Shown here: positions 14,017 to 26,818 of the stretch, piece after piece
How the letters are laid out: every line of letters begins with the position of its first letter
Position numbering within the stretch: position 1 is the first letter of the stretch
From: Octopus sinensis
Lineage: Eukaryota
DNA: 64,000 nucleotides
Reading direction: 5' to 3'
Assembly (NCBI RefSeq): GCF_006345805.1
Contig: NC_042998.1
Span: forward strand, 146,754,001 to 146,818,000
Translations under genes and position numbers: made by a program
The notes under the pieces: model-generated
Database searches by the model: none
What the model saw: only the letters and a program-made list of their open reading frames with translations
What the model was told of the DNA's origin: nothing

Positions 14017-16700
14017 ATGAAGCTTAAAGATCCTGCGAATGGACAGAGATTTAGGGACATATTACTTGAAGCTTTGACGAAGTAGAAGGGGATAGAGCTT
14101 CACATGGGGTAGAAGCAACTGGACGTTTCTAAGGACAACTGCTGAGAGCCACTAACCAGATCTGTGGTTGGTGCAAAGTCCCCTCTCGACCCAAAATAAC
14201 GTGGTGGTGGAACAATGTTGTAGACAGGGCTATTAGAGAAGAGACAGGCTTGGAAGGACTAGAAGAATGGTGGTAGCAGGGAATTGTATCAGACTGCCAA
14301 AAGAGAAGTTAGGAGACAGGTCTATTTAGCCAGAGGGGAAGCAGATAAGAAAAAATTTGCCAATGTTCTGCACCGTGAGGACCAAAGACTTGAGGTATTT
14401 CGTGTTGCAAGACAGTGTGTGAGAGAGAATCGTGATGTGGTAGGAGAGAAATGTGTTCGCATGGATGATGGTTCACTTGCGCTAAACGAGGATGGAAAGG
14501 GAGAGGTTTGGAGACGCCACTATGAAAAGTTGCGGAATAAAGAAAATGAATGGGATAAAGAGAGTCTGCCGAATGTCAACCCAACAGAGGGACCAGCCAT
14601 CCGAGTTGACAGTTCCTTGGTAGTTAAAGGAATTAGAAGCATGAAGACAGGGGAAGCCCCAGGCCCATCAGGAATCACTGCAGAGATGCTCAAAATATCT
14701 GGTAGTGTCGGCTACAGCCTAGTCACCAGTATAGTTAATCAGGTGATACACAAAGGAGTCATACCCAATGACTGGTGTAGTAGCATAATAGTCAAATGCA
14801 ACAGAGCTAAAGGTGACGTCCTAGATACAAATAATTACAGAGGTATCAAGCTGTTGGATCAGGTAATGAAGGTTACGGAGAGGGTCATAGCCCAACTAAT
14901 TAGAGAGAGAATTAGTTTAGATGAGATGCAGTTTGGGTTCGTGCAAGGGAAGAGTACCACTGATGCTATATTCCTGGTAAGGCCGCTGCAGGAGAAATAC
15001 CTAGCCAAAGATAAGCCCCTGTACCTGGTTTTCATTGACATGGAGAAAGCCTTTGACAGGGTCCCCCAATCCCTTATCTGGTGGTCAATGAGGAAACTAG
15101 GATAGATGAATGGTTAGTGACAGCTATGCGAGCCATGTACAGGGACGCCGCTTGTAAGGTGAAGGTTGGCAACGAGTACAGTGAAGAATTCCGGGTAGAG
15201 GTAGGGGTCCACCAAGGCTCAGTCCCCTCCTATTTATCATAGTCCTCCAGGCAATAACGGAGGAATTCAAGACAGGATGCCCCTGGGAGCTCCTCTATGC
15301 TGATGACCTTGCTCTAATTGCTGAGTCACTATCAGAACTGGAGGAGAAGTCTCAGGTGTGGAAGCAGGGATTAGAATCAAAGGGCCTTAGAGTCAATCTA
15401 GCGAAACCAAAGTCCTAATACGTAGGAAGGTAGACAAATCACAAACGCCTACAGGTAGATGGCCCTGTTCGATCTGTAGAAAAGGCATAGGTAGAAACTC
15501 TATAAGATGCACCAAGTGTAAGCTATGGACACATAAGAGGTGCAGCAATGTCAAAGGAAGGCTAACTAGGAATATAGTTTTTGTATGTGACCGAACGCTC
15601 AGGAGCAATAAACACTGAAAATGCTGAGACCAACTTCTGCCACATTCCAGGGAGAAAAACTAGAAATAGTTGATAGCTTCCGTTACCTAGGGGACCAAGT
15701 CAGTAGCGAGGGCGGGTGTGCTGAAAGTGTAACAGCTAGAATAAGAATAGCTTGGGCAAATTTCAGAGAGCTCTTACCTTTGCTGGTGACAAAAGGCCTC
15801 TCGCTCAGAGTAAAAGGCAGACTGTATGACGCATGTGTACGAACAGCTGTGCTACATGGCAGTGAAACATGGCCGTGACTGCTGAGGATATGCGTAAGCT
15901 TGCAAGAAATGAAGCCAGTATGCTCCGATGGATGTCTAATGTCAGTGTTCATACTCGACAGAGTGTAAGTACCTTGAGAGAAAAGTTGGACCTAAGAAGC
16001 ATCGTGTGCAAGAGAGATGTCTGTGCTGGTATGGTCATGTGGCGAGAATAGATGAAGATAGTTGTGTGAAAAAGTGCCACACCCTAGTGGTTGAGGGAAC
16101 CTGTGGAAGAGGCTGACCCAGGAAAACCTGGGACGAGGTGGTGAAGCACGACCTTCGAACTTTAGGTCTCACCGAGGAAATGAATAGAGACCGAGACCTT
16201 TGGAAGTATGCTGTGCATGAGAAGACCCGGCAGGACGAGTGAGACCATAACCCATGGCCTCTATATGGTATGTAGCCAGTCCACTTATGCATACCTTTCC
16301 TTCTTGGGACACAAAACTCTACTTGTGAAGACCTGTTGAGGCAAGTGAAAATCAAAATCAAAATCGATCAACATCAATGGAAATTGCAGATGTGATACCA
16401 GTGCCGGTGGTACGTAAGAGAACCATCCGAACATGGCCGTTGTCAGCGCCGACCCGACTGGCTTCATGCCGTTGGCACGTAAAAAGTACCATCCGAGCGT
16501 GGCCGTTGCCAGCCTCGCCTGGCACATAAAAAGCACCCTCTACACTCACGGAGTGGTTGGCGTTAGGAAGAGCATCCAGCCATAGAAACATTGCCAGATC
16601 AGACTGGGCCTGGTGCAGCCTTCTGGCTTCCCAGACCCCAGTTGAATCATCCAACCCACACTAGCATGGAAAGCGGATGCTAAACGATGATGATGATGAT
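14017..16700 (+). mobile_element. 5'-truncated RTE-clade LINE, a diverged subfamily related to 6540-10110
   Basis: ORFs 14284-15105 (NYRGIKLL, QFGF, FIDMEKAFDRVP) and 15621-15878; YADD at 15296-15307; 3' UTR ending ...TAAACGATGATGATGAT. Confidence 0.92.
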
Positions 16701-17585
16701 ATATATATACACATATATATATATATATATAACACATACATATATAATATATATATATAAAGGGAAAGAGAGAGAGGGAGGTGTGTGTGTGTGTAATATA
16801 TATATAAATATAGGTATGTATGTCTTTGGATTGGTACCCTATGACTGCTTGACTGATAGAATAAGTAATTGACTTCAGAAAGAATGTAAGTACTGTGGTT
16901 GCTTTGTTCAACAAAAAAAAAAAAAAAAATTCACAGTAGCATGGCCACAATTCAATGACAAACAGGTAAAAGGACTTCTTTGTTCTTGCTTCTCATTTTT
17001 GTATTTTTTTTAACATACAACTTTCATCTACCTGTGGATTCAGACAGTTCTTATTTTTTAGTCTGGATTGTTAAAAGAGAACTGAATCTAGACTAGGTCA
17101 TTACAAATTGAATGAGGACAAGGTTCTTCTCTTAAAGACTTAGTTAATGGTTTTATTCTATAAAATAACTTTAAACAAAGTATTTACTCTCTGACATAAC
17201 TCCTGATGCCAACTGTGTTATTCTTAAATTAATGATACAAAATATGCGGATTTTATTTCTTGAGGCATCATATCTATTTTTGTTCATATACTCAATGCCA
17301 ATAAGAATTTGTGAAGTTTTGAATAATCCTTTTCTTCCTATTTAAATTCCAATAATATTTTATGGTATCTTTTTACTATAACAAGAGACAGGTGTTATAA
17401 GAAAACTTTACCAGAAAAAAAAGGCATGGAACTGGGGGTGCAAAAATGTAAAAATTTTAATTTTTTGACCCAAAATTCTTTGACAGGAGGAAGCAATCAC
17501 CCAATCCTTTGCTTTTTCCTTCTCCATGAAGGATCAGAGTTTGGAGAAGTCTGTAATAATAAAAATTTGGCATACCTAAACAAAT

Positions 17586-18266
17586 ATGCCCCACCTACTT
17601 TGTTTCCTTATACGATCCAGAAAATAGGTATTTTTAACGAAATGTTTTACAAATACGCTGCGGATGGTGCATATTCTGATTACATCGGGATTTGATATAG
17701 ATTATTTTTCCGAGAGCAGGGAGAGGAGTTTCGGAAAATTCACACGAATTGGATTTGTTTCCTTCGAGAAAAATGGGTACTTTGTTGTGAAATTTTCTAC
17801 AAATACCTTTCATATGGTATAAATTACGATTATACCGGAATTTAATATGCAAAACAAAAAGAAAAGAAAAAGAAAAAATGGTGGGCTCGCACACATACAT
17901 AATGCCACATCGCGATTTCAAGTTTCATTTCGTGTCAGTATGTATGTCTGCGAGCACACCGATTTTTTTTTTTTTTTTTTTTTTACATATCAACTTCCGA
18001 TATAATTGTAATCTATACCATCTGAAATGTTTTTGTAGAGAATTTCATTAAAAAATACCCATTTTTCTGAAAGTTATGAGGAAGCAAAAAACGATTCGCA
18101 TGAATTTTCCGAAACTCTTCTCCCCATCTCCGGAAATTTTTTTCACAAAATATTCTGATAAAATCGGAATCTATACCAGCTGAAGCATACTTTGCAGGAA
18201 ATTTATTTAAAAAATACCCATTTTCTGGAAGTAATGAGGAAACAAATTCGTCCGTGGTGGGGATAC
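17586..18266. mobile_element. Degenerate foldback / MITE-like palindromic element
   Basis: Left arm about 17586-17905 and right arm about 17935-18266 are imperfect reverse complements, e.g. gagtttcggaaaattca / tgaattttccgaaactc and gctcgcacacatacata / tatgtatgtctgcgagc. Confidence 0.7.
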
Positions 18267-21200
18267 ACTAGAGCAGGTGTGCCAAAATTTATCTTCTTTA
18301 TCATGTATTTTGGTTATGTAAAAGATGAACATACTATCGTGAACTAACCTAAGTACATTAAAGCAGGTTTTATTTACGTCTAAGAAAGGCTAACACCGGC
18401 AAAATTTGAACTCCAAAACCAAGGAGGATGGAAATAAAAATTCTGTAATACATTTCATTCAGTCTCAGTTTGGCTTTAAATATCAATTTCACCATAGGTT
18501 TCCTTTCAACAAGTTTTCTTTATATGATTAAGAAGTAAATTGTTTACTTTAGATGAAAAGATCGTCTTAAGGAGATGTCTTTAATAAGCGGATAAAAAGC
18601 AACTACATTTACTGCTATTGATTGTAGATGTGGTGGCGATGGTTTCGCATTGTGTTTATATACTAACTGGTAACATGAGAGCAATCACTGCTCACTACTA
18701 ATGCTAATAATACAAGTACTTTTATAACGTTGTTATTAACATTTCACCGCCAATGTGAAGTGCAGTCCTAAAATAATAATAATAATAATAATATGATGCA
18801 TAATTAGAGAGAGTGGGGGTGAGAGATATGTGAGAATAGTTATTTACTCTTTTACTGAGTTCGACTTAGTAATACGAATTAAGATTAAGTGATGTTAATA
18901 TATTGCCGGAAAAAAAATTACCTCGAGGTATTTGGTTACGAGTCTTTGAGTTCTGAGTTCAACTCCTGCCAGTCAATTTTGATATTCCTATTTTAATGGT
19001 CAAGTAATCGACAATGGCCAATCCCCAGTTTTTTAAGGATTTATGTTTATGTTAGAATTCAGTATTTTATTTAGGGAATAGATTTATAATAATAATGAAA
19101 TTATTGTATACAGTGCTCAGGTGCTGGGATAAAATAAGAGATGAAAAATCAAAGGAAAAAGAAAAATAGGGGTGGGGAGAGAAATAGATAAAAAAGAGAG
19201 GAGTGGCGACTGAATAAAGAATTTAATGTTATTCTAGCAGCAAGAGTGCGGGAGAAACACCTCATATTCTACACGGCCATTGATATGGAACTAGGGAAGT
19301 TAGGCGGGTGGTAACGTCTTCATATATAACTAATGTTTTGCAGTCTTTTGCCAATTACTATTGTTGTTGGACCAGTGCAAACTGTGCGTTTGCTATTAAA
19401 ACATTTATTAAGAACGGTGAATTTGGGAGAATATTTTTTGTTGTACGTTGCAGATGACGCTAAGTGGTATCAACACAAACACATATATACATAAATACAT
19501 ATATATATATATATATATATATACCGGAATGTTGAGAAAATTACTAACAACTTGAGGACATGGTGGTGGGATCAAGCCTAAGTAACACTAACAGAGCAAC
19601 GTTAAAAAATCTGAAATGGTGGTGGGGACAAACAAAACATTGAGATAGAGAGAAGCAATAAGAGAAAGGTGTGTGTGTATTGTGTTTAATTATCTCTGAG
19701 GCCGACACGTATGAAATAAGAAAATATCAAATAATTGAATTATCTTTCCAAAGTAAATAGAATTATGTTCGTAATTTTTAATTCACATCATTTAAATATG
19801 CTCTACCCTGCTATTCCTGAATATAATTATTATAATATACTCATAATAAAGAATTGAATGTTATTCTAGCACCAAGAGTGATTTCATAACGTTATTTGCT
19901 TTCAAGTCGACTGAATATATTTAACGAGTGTGTTCTTATCTCATTAAAGGCTCATTGTATTCTGAAGAATCGCCAAGGAAATGATATTTTTTTTTTAAAT
20001 AATCAATTGCAATATTTGCAGTGTTAGTGAAATAAATAATACTTTCTCCGTTGAAGTGAAGAAAAATAAATAAAATATATTTATGGTTTCCCGCCAAAAA
20101 CAAAGATAAAACAAAACAGCGAAAATATCACAGACTCACTGGCGCTAACAATGTTTTTTTTTTTTAACATGGAATACAAGAGAATTTGGGGAGAATGGAA
20201 ATGAGAAGTTGCAACGTTCATGACTTTCCCGGAGGTATTTTATGATGCAAGTGAAATAATATGATTGTAATACAATTGGGAATCGAAACCAGCTTATGCC
20301 AACATCTCGACTCTATGGAAGTCGGAATTATCGCAGTCTGGGATTTCTATTTATACGCTTACATAAAATATCTATGGAAGGATAAAATATACATTTTTAT
20401 AAATTTAAGTAGTCTTAGACAATTGGTTCCAACAAGAGTTCATTGTCGTTGGCAAAATGTGTTTGCAGATCTCTATAAGCTTTCATACATATTGGGAGTC
20501 GTGAGTCATATGTTGTTGGTTATGGCCACTCAGAAAGTTACTGTTGGTTTCACGTCTATTGTTGCACTCAAGAATATAGGCAACTCATCAGTTCCCTCCA
20601 CAACAAACTTGTTCCTACTCCTCACATAATACATTATCTTTTCAACACCTCACATAAAGTTACTATGTTATCTTTTATTTTCTCTCACATGCAAGCAAAC
20701 TCTTTAGTCTCAACATTAGAAGGCAACCTCACTAGAGCTAGTGTCACAAAGAAAGCACCCAGTACAACCTGGAAAGTGGTTGGCATTGGGAAGGACATCC
20801 AGTTGCAGCAAGCATGTCAAAACACTGGAGCAAAATGTGCTCCACCCCTTTAGATTCTGTCTAGCCATGCAGACATAAAAATGATGATATCAGCTTGGAG
20901 TTCACTGTCTAGCAAGCTGCAAGGTGACCACATGAGTTGTTGACATGTTGTAAAGTGGTTGGTGTTAGGAAGGGTGTCCAGCCATAAAAATCATGTCAGA
21001 GTAGACACTGAAGCATAATACAGTCTTTGCACCCATCAGATCTTGACAACCCATCCAACCAATGAACATTAGAAGATGCTGCTGATAACATACACACACA
21101 CACACACACGTGGAAGTACGAACCAAGTACTGTTTCTTTTTCTGCTGTGTTTTAGGTTGGGTTCATGGTTTCATCAACAACCTAGGTCTCCAAATATTTG

Positions 21201-21539
21201 TGGAGTACAGTCAAAAGCCAACACTTGACTATCTAACTTCTATTACCCCTATCATAAATCAAACGAATCGTTGCATTACATCCATATTCACTAAAATCAA
21301 CCAAGTAACATAGTCAGCCACCTTATTCCTAATGTCACTGGAAGACTTATCTGCCTTTTGGCAAACAGACAAATCTTTCAATAAGCTGCATTTTAATATA
21401 ATGATGCTCTTCACAGGTGTAGCAACACAAACAAAATCACATTTATAACAGAAAATAAAACATTGCTTGGTCTATATCTCCATACAACATAAATGTAGTT
21501 ACACCTATAGGTAAAATCATGATCCTACTTAAAAAATAA

Positions 21540-21663
21540 AGGGCCATTCTTTATGTTAACTTGTCTTGTTTTTCATTTGTTTCTCTCGTTTTTTGCATAC
21601 CCAAGTTTGCCTTCATATTTCATGTTGTTTACATTTTGTGATGTCCTGTACCCATATATGCAT

Positions 21664-21717
<54 letters not shown>

Positions 21718-21776
21718 CATATATATGTATGTACATATATGTATGTATATATGCATATATATATATTTTATATAAG

Positions 21777-21815
<39 letters not shown>

Positions 21816-22100
21816 CACATAAATTACAGGAATTTAACCATAGTGTGTCCTGTATACTTTCAAACCAGTCTATCACCGAAGAACTATTCTTCCAGAGGGG
21901 AAGCTTAGTGGCTTTAGAACATACATATATGTATGTATTGCTCAAAATGTGGTGTAGATGAACAGCTGACAACTGATGAAGGGTCGTTCTTTATGTTACT
22001 TGTTTTCCATTTTTACTCTCGTACGCATACCCAAGTTTGCCTTCATATTTCATGCTGTTTACATTTTGTGACATCCTGTACCCAAATATGCATACATATA
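21540..22100. mobile_element. Penelope-like element remnants (duplicated ~120-bp terminal segment plus RT fragment)
   Basis: 21540-21660 is repeated at 21980-22095 and the second copy is preceded by CTGATGAAGG. Minus-strand WKNSSSVIDWF (about 21860-21895) resembles a motif recalled from Penelope-type RTs. Confidence 0.4.
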
Positions 22101-22360
22101 TATATATATTCTATTTATGTATATGTATATATATATATATATATATATAGCAATTAAGAGACAACTACTTAATAAGGAAAACTTAACAAGAAATTGTCAG
22201 GTAGATAGCGTAAAAACCTCATAAGAGAAAAAATTTCGAAAATAATTATTTTATTGAACTATATAATTATATATAGAGGGCATTATACATCATGCCAGGA
22301 GGCATTCTACATACACGCCATACGCTAAGAGGGACAATCAGTCATTTCTATAATGCCCTC

Positions 22361-22396
<36 letters not shown>

Positions 22397-22746
22397 TCTA
22401 TTTATGTATATGTATGTATATATATATATATAGATATATATATATATATCTATTTATGTATATGTATGTATATATATATATATATAATATATTCTATTTA
22501 TGTATATGTATGTATAATATATATATATAATATATTCTATTTATGTATATGTATGATATATATATATATATATATTCTATTTATGTAATGTATGTATATA
22601 TATATATAATATATTATATATATATATATATTATGTGAAATAGAAAGATGAATAATCTTGTAGTAGATTAATCAAAAGTTTAACCGATACCTTAGTAGCA
22701 AAAATCACAGCAAAAATCACAGCAGTGATTTCTTCAATTCACCAAT

Positions 22747-22795
<49 letters not shown>

Positions 22796-22814
22796 CATAC
22801 ACACATCACAGGAA

Positions 22815-24290
22815 GTTAAACTTAGTGTGGCTGGACTACTAGAAGACTTTTGATAATATACCACATTGCTGGATTATCAGGGACTTACAGTTAGCCAAAG
22901 TCCCACAACCACTAGTGAGTGCTATTGAATGCCTGACCAAGACTTGGTGCACCACTTTGAACCTTAGGAATGACAAGGGAGAAATTGAGTCAGATAGCAT
23001 TCACTACCAAAAAGGCAACTTCGAGGGTGATAGCCTGTTGGTGTTGCTCTTTATCCTCTCATTCAACCTATGATCATACCTACTCCCAAAACATAGTGGC
23101 CACTGATATGGATCCAGAAGTATCTTCCATCTTTTATTTGTCAACAACCTATAAAAATGCAATTGGACCTCATTACCCAAATTTCTACAGACATTAGAAT
23201 GAAATTTGGAGGACAAATATCCGTTGAATGTAAATAATGTACATAATTCCCCATCTCTTAAATATAGAACTGTATCAGTGGCGATGTTGACAGGCTATAG
23301 TTCTCATGCAAAGATGGCAATTGTGGTCTCAAAATCTGTATTGATGTCATATGAAGAACATACTATGACACTGAAACAACATCTGGCCCTTGTTTGTGAC
23401 CATGATATCAATAACATAATTAGGATAGCTAATGAACTTGAGAAGAGGTATGAAATAAGAGCTGATACAGATCTCTCGCCAAGGATCATTGGTAAATGGA
23501 CCAGCTCACTAAGAGAGTACATAGGTACTTGGCATAAAAAGCAAAAACCATAGAAGGGATTGATTATGTCAAAAGCTTTTCATGGAGTATCAATAAGTTT
23601 ATAGCATCCCACTTTGAAGGCTGCCTCTATTCAACTCAAGAATAAGAAGTCCCCTCCAAGTACCTACAGCATAACAGGCAGAAAACCATAGACAACAAAT
23701 GTAGGCCGTGCAAGACTAAGGCTGAAGGCATCAACCACATTATTGTCAACTATTGAGAGAATGTCTTCTAGATTGTATCTTCCCATGAGGCATAACACAA
23801 TGGCTAGAATGGTCTGGAACAGGATAGCAAAAACACTTACAGATCAAGTTGATTATATTGAGACAGATAGGTTAAAAGAATATTGGTAGAACTTAAAAAT
23901 TAAAACAGCCACCAAGTTAAAACACAACCAGCCAGGTATGGGACCACAAGGAAAAGATATATCCTGCAGTGAAAATCAATTGCTCTCTGGACATCATTGT
24001 GGTTCAAAAAATACGCTACAGAAAGTGGACAGCTATGGACCATTGATAAGAAATTTGAAAATCCAGGATCCAAGATACACTTTCAGTTTCATATCTATTA
24101 TTACTAGAGCAATAAGATACATTCTATCCTGTCTGGTGCAAAGTATGTCAGGATTTGGGTTTAATTCATACACTACAAATGATCACGACCTTCTTAAGAT
24201 TTAAAGGATGATAGCTAAAACAAGATGCTTTCCTTCACAACTTTGCTACAAAGTAGGTGGCCTGTCAAAATTTACAAGTCTTTTAAAAAA
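22815..24290 (+). mobile_element. Decayed R4/Dong-like (restriction-like endonuclease) non-LTR retrotransposon
   Basis: Manual translation gives NLVWLDY*KTFDNIPHCWI (RT), KGNFEGDSLLVLLFILS (the QGDSLS motif), MKFG, NKCRPCKTKAEGINHII (CCHC knuckle), LYLPMRHN, KEYW*NLKIKTATKLKHNQP (PD-D/ExK region) and YGPLIRNLKI. Confidence 0.75.
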
Positions 24291-24904
24291 GAGAACAGAC
24301 ATACCTAATTACATACTCACGTAAGTACTACGCGCGCGCACACACACACATATTGACGTCCACTATTCAAAGTTTGTTAAGTCTAGAAAACCTGCTCCAA
24401 AGCATTTGCTTGACACATAAGTTTGTAAATGTGGACATTAAAAAAGTTGTGCATGTGTATGTGTGTGTGCGCGCGCTCATACATACACACACAGGCCCCT
24501 TATTTGTAATAAAAGCATCATAAAATAAAATAGCCATCTATGTATTTACTGCAGTTAATTTGCCTTTTAACGATTTACTTACATTAAGTATGATAGGTAG
24601 AAAGCTATATGTATCTGTGTACATGTATATTTATGTATGTATGTGTTCGCGTGTGTGTATGCAGATGTTGAATATTAGATTTATTTCTCGTCCAGTAATG
24701 GTATTAACTTAAAAGTAAAATACGTCTTCTGAGCGATGGTTCAGGATTTTCGAAATCAACATTCAAGTCCATCAGTCCTATTGTATAGCTGCACTCGTAG
24801 GCATAATAATGTTTGAGATTTTGACATAAGGCCAGTAATTTTAAGGGGAGCAAGTAAATCGATTGCTTCGATTCTAGTACGGTACTTGACTGGAACTTTA
24901 GAAT

Positions 24905-25081
24905 CGTCTATTCCAACCTGTGGCGTTTGAGACGTTCGGAGCGACTGGGTCGGCAGCTCGCCTCACCGAGGTGTCAGGTAATGCCCATGAGGGCGCTTGG
25001 CTTTACAAACGTCTCGGCCTCGTCATCGCCCGTGGTAATGCTGCGTGCGTGCTGGCTTGTGGTATGCGACCAGTTGCGTGA
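24905..25081 (+). mobile_element. 3' fragment of a CRE-clade retrotransposon ORF
   Basis: Translation RLFQPVAFETFGATG...AWLYKRLGLVIARGNAACVLAC* matches the F-P-A-ET-G ... QRLS-A-QRGNA C-terminus of CRE-type RLE proteins. The segment is GC-rich relative to its flanks. Confidence 0.7.
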
Positions 25082-26132
25082 TATAATAAAACAAATTCCC
25101 CATAAATGGTTTCGATACAGTTTTAACAGAAAGATTTGGAAGAATTAGATGAAAGTTCTCCGGTAATTTTCTTCTATGTAAATAAATGTTTATTAATTTA
25201 AAAATTTGCCAGCGAAATTTTATAAAATGACTGTTCTAAAAGATGTACGTTTTCCAAAATTAAAATAAAGGTTTTTATTTTTTCACTGAGTAAAAATTTT
25301 ATCGACTTCGAAGGGATGAAAGGCAAAATTGACCTCGACGGGAATTGAATAATAATAATTTACCAGAGGGACATTTGATGAGGGGAACAGAATATTCTCA
25401 ATACTAATGTGTGTGGGTTCGTGTTTATCTATTTTTCCCCCAGCATTAGCAACAAGCTGTCTCAAGACTGGCGCCACGCTGCAAGAATAAATATTAACAA
25501 TGCATAATTCTTCATAATGTATTTCGTTTCAGAGAAATAGCAATTGTAGTACTTATTATTATTTAATTAAGTGAAAGTAAATAGTATATAATTAAACAAT
25601 TGACACAATGATCCTCCCGAGATACAACAAAATCATTTTTCATCTTGCAAGAATTTTTTTCCTGACAAGCCATATCACTTCATTAGATTGCTAATCAAAA
25701 ATAATGAAATGATAATTATTTAAAAAAATTAATGATTGCTAATGTCAAAATACTATTTCGAATATTAAAAAAAGGAAGGATCTGAGCCTCAACTTGCGTA
25801 AATTTACGCACATTTTTCGTTATAACAAAACCCGCCACGTTTAATACTAGTCCATAAGTTCGAATTCAGTCTTTCTTCCTTTCTGTACACATACACGCTC
25901 GTGTTTTTATTGCTAATCGGCAGAAGTTAGAGTGACTAAAAGAGTGAGAGTTTCGTGCGTTAGCACATATCAAACCAGTTTAAGTGCCAACGCGCGAAAT
26001 TCTCGGTTCTCGAGTCACTTTGCAACTTAGGCCGGTTATTAATAAAAAGGTATATAAACGCGTTTCGAGTGCTATTTTCCTGTTTGAATCTCTCCCTCCA
26101 CCTCCCCCCACTTATTAATATTTAGCAGAAGT

Positions 26133-26540
26133 AAGGCGGCGAGCACGCCGGGCGAAATGCTTAGCAGTATTTCGTCTGCCGCTACATTGTGAGTTCAAAT
26201 TCCGCCGAGGTCGATTTTGCCTTTCATGTTTTCGGGGTCGATTAAATGAGTAACAGTTACGCACTGGGGTCGATATAATCGACTTAATCCGTTTGTCAGT
26301 CCTTGTTTGTCCTCTCTGTGTTTAGCCCCTTGTGGGTAGTAAAGAAATAGGTATTTCATCTGCCGCTACGTTGTGAGTTCAAATTCCGCCGAGGTCGATT
26401 TTGCCTTTCATCCTTTCGGGGTCGATTAAATAAGTACCAGTTAAGTACTGAGGTCGATGTAATCAACCTAATCTCTTTGTCTGTCCTTGTTTGTCCCATC
26501 TATGTTTGCCCCCTCCCCCGCTGTGGGCAATAACGAAATA
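26133..26540 (+). mobile_element. tRNA-derived SINE with internal tandem duplication and TSD
   Basis: B-box GAGTTCAAATTC and conserved core GCCTTTCATCCTTTCGGGGTCGATTAAATAAGTACCAG, with the ~185-bp body present twice. It is flanked by ATTTAGCAGAAGTA and ATTTAGTAGAAGTA. Confidence 0.8.
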
Positions 26541-26730
26541 AAAATTTAGTAGAAGTAATAGAGTGACTCAACGTCCGAGAGTTTCGTGCGTTGGTGCAAA
26601 AAAATGCATATACTCATATCTTGAGTTCTATTTTTCCTGTTTGCATCAACATACCGATATATAATAGTTTGATGTGGTGACGAGCGTCAAACTAGTACAC
26701 CTGCGCTCACTTTGTTTTTCTGTAAATTTC

Positions 26731-26818
<88 letters not shown>

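Noticed and set aside
21970-22000. Hammerhead ribozyme at CTGATGA (also a degenerate one near 38502)
   Set aside because: No properly placed GAAA with closing stems could be assembled by eye.
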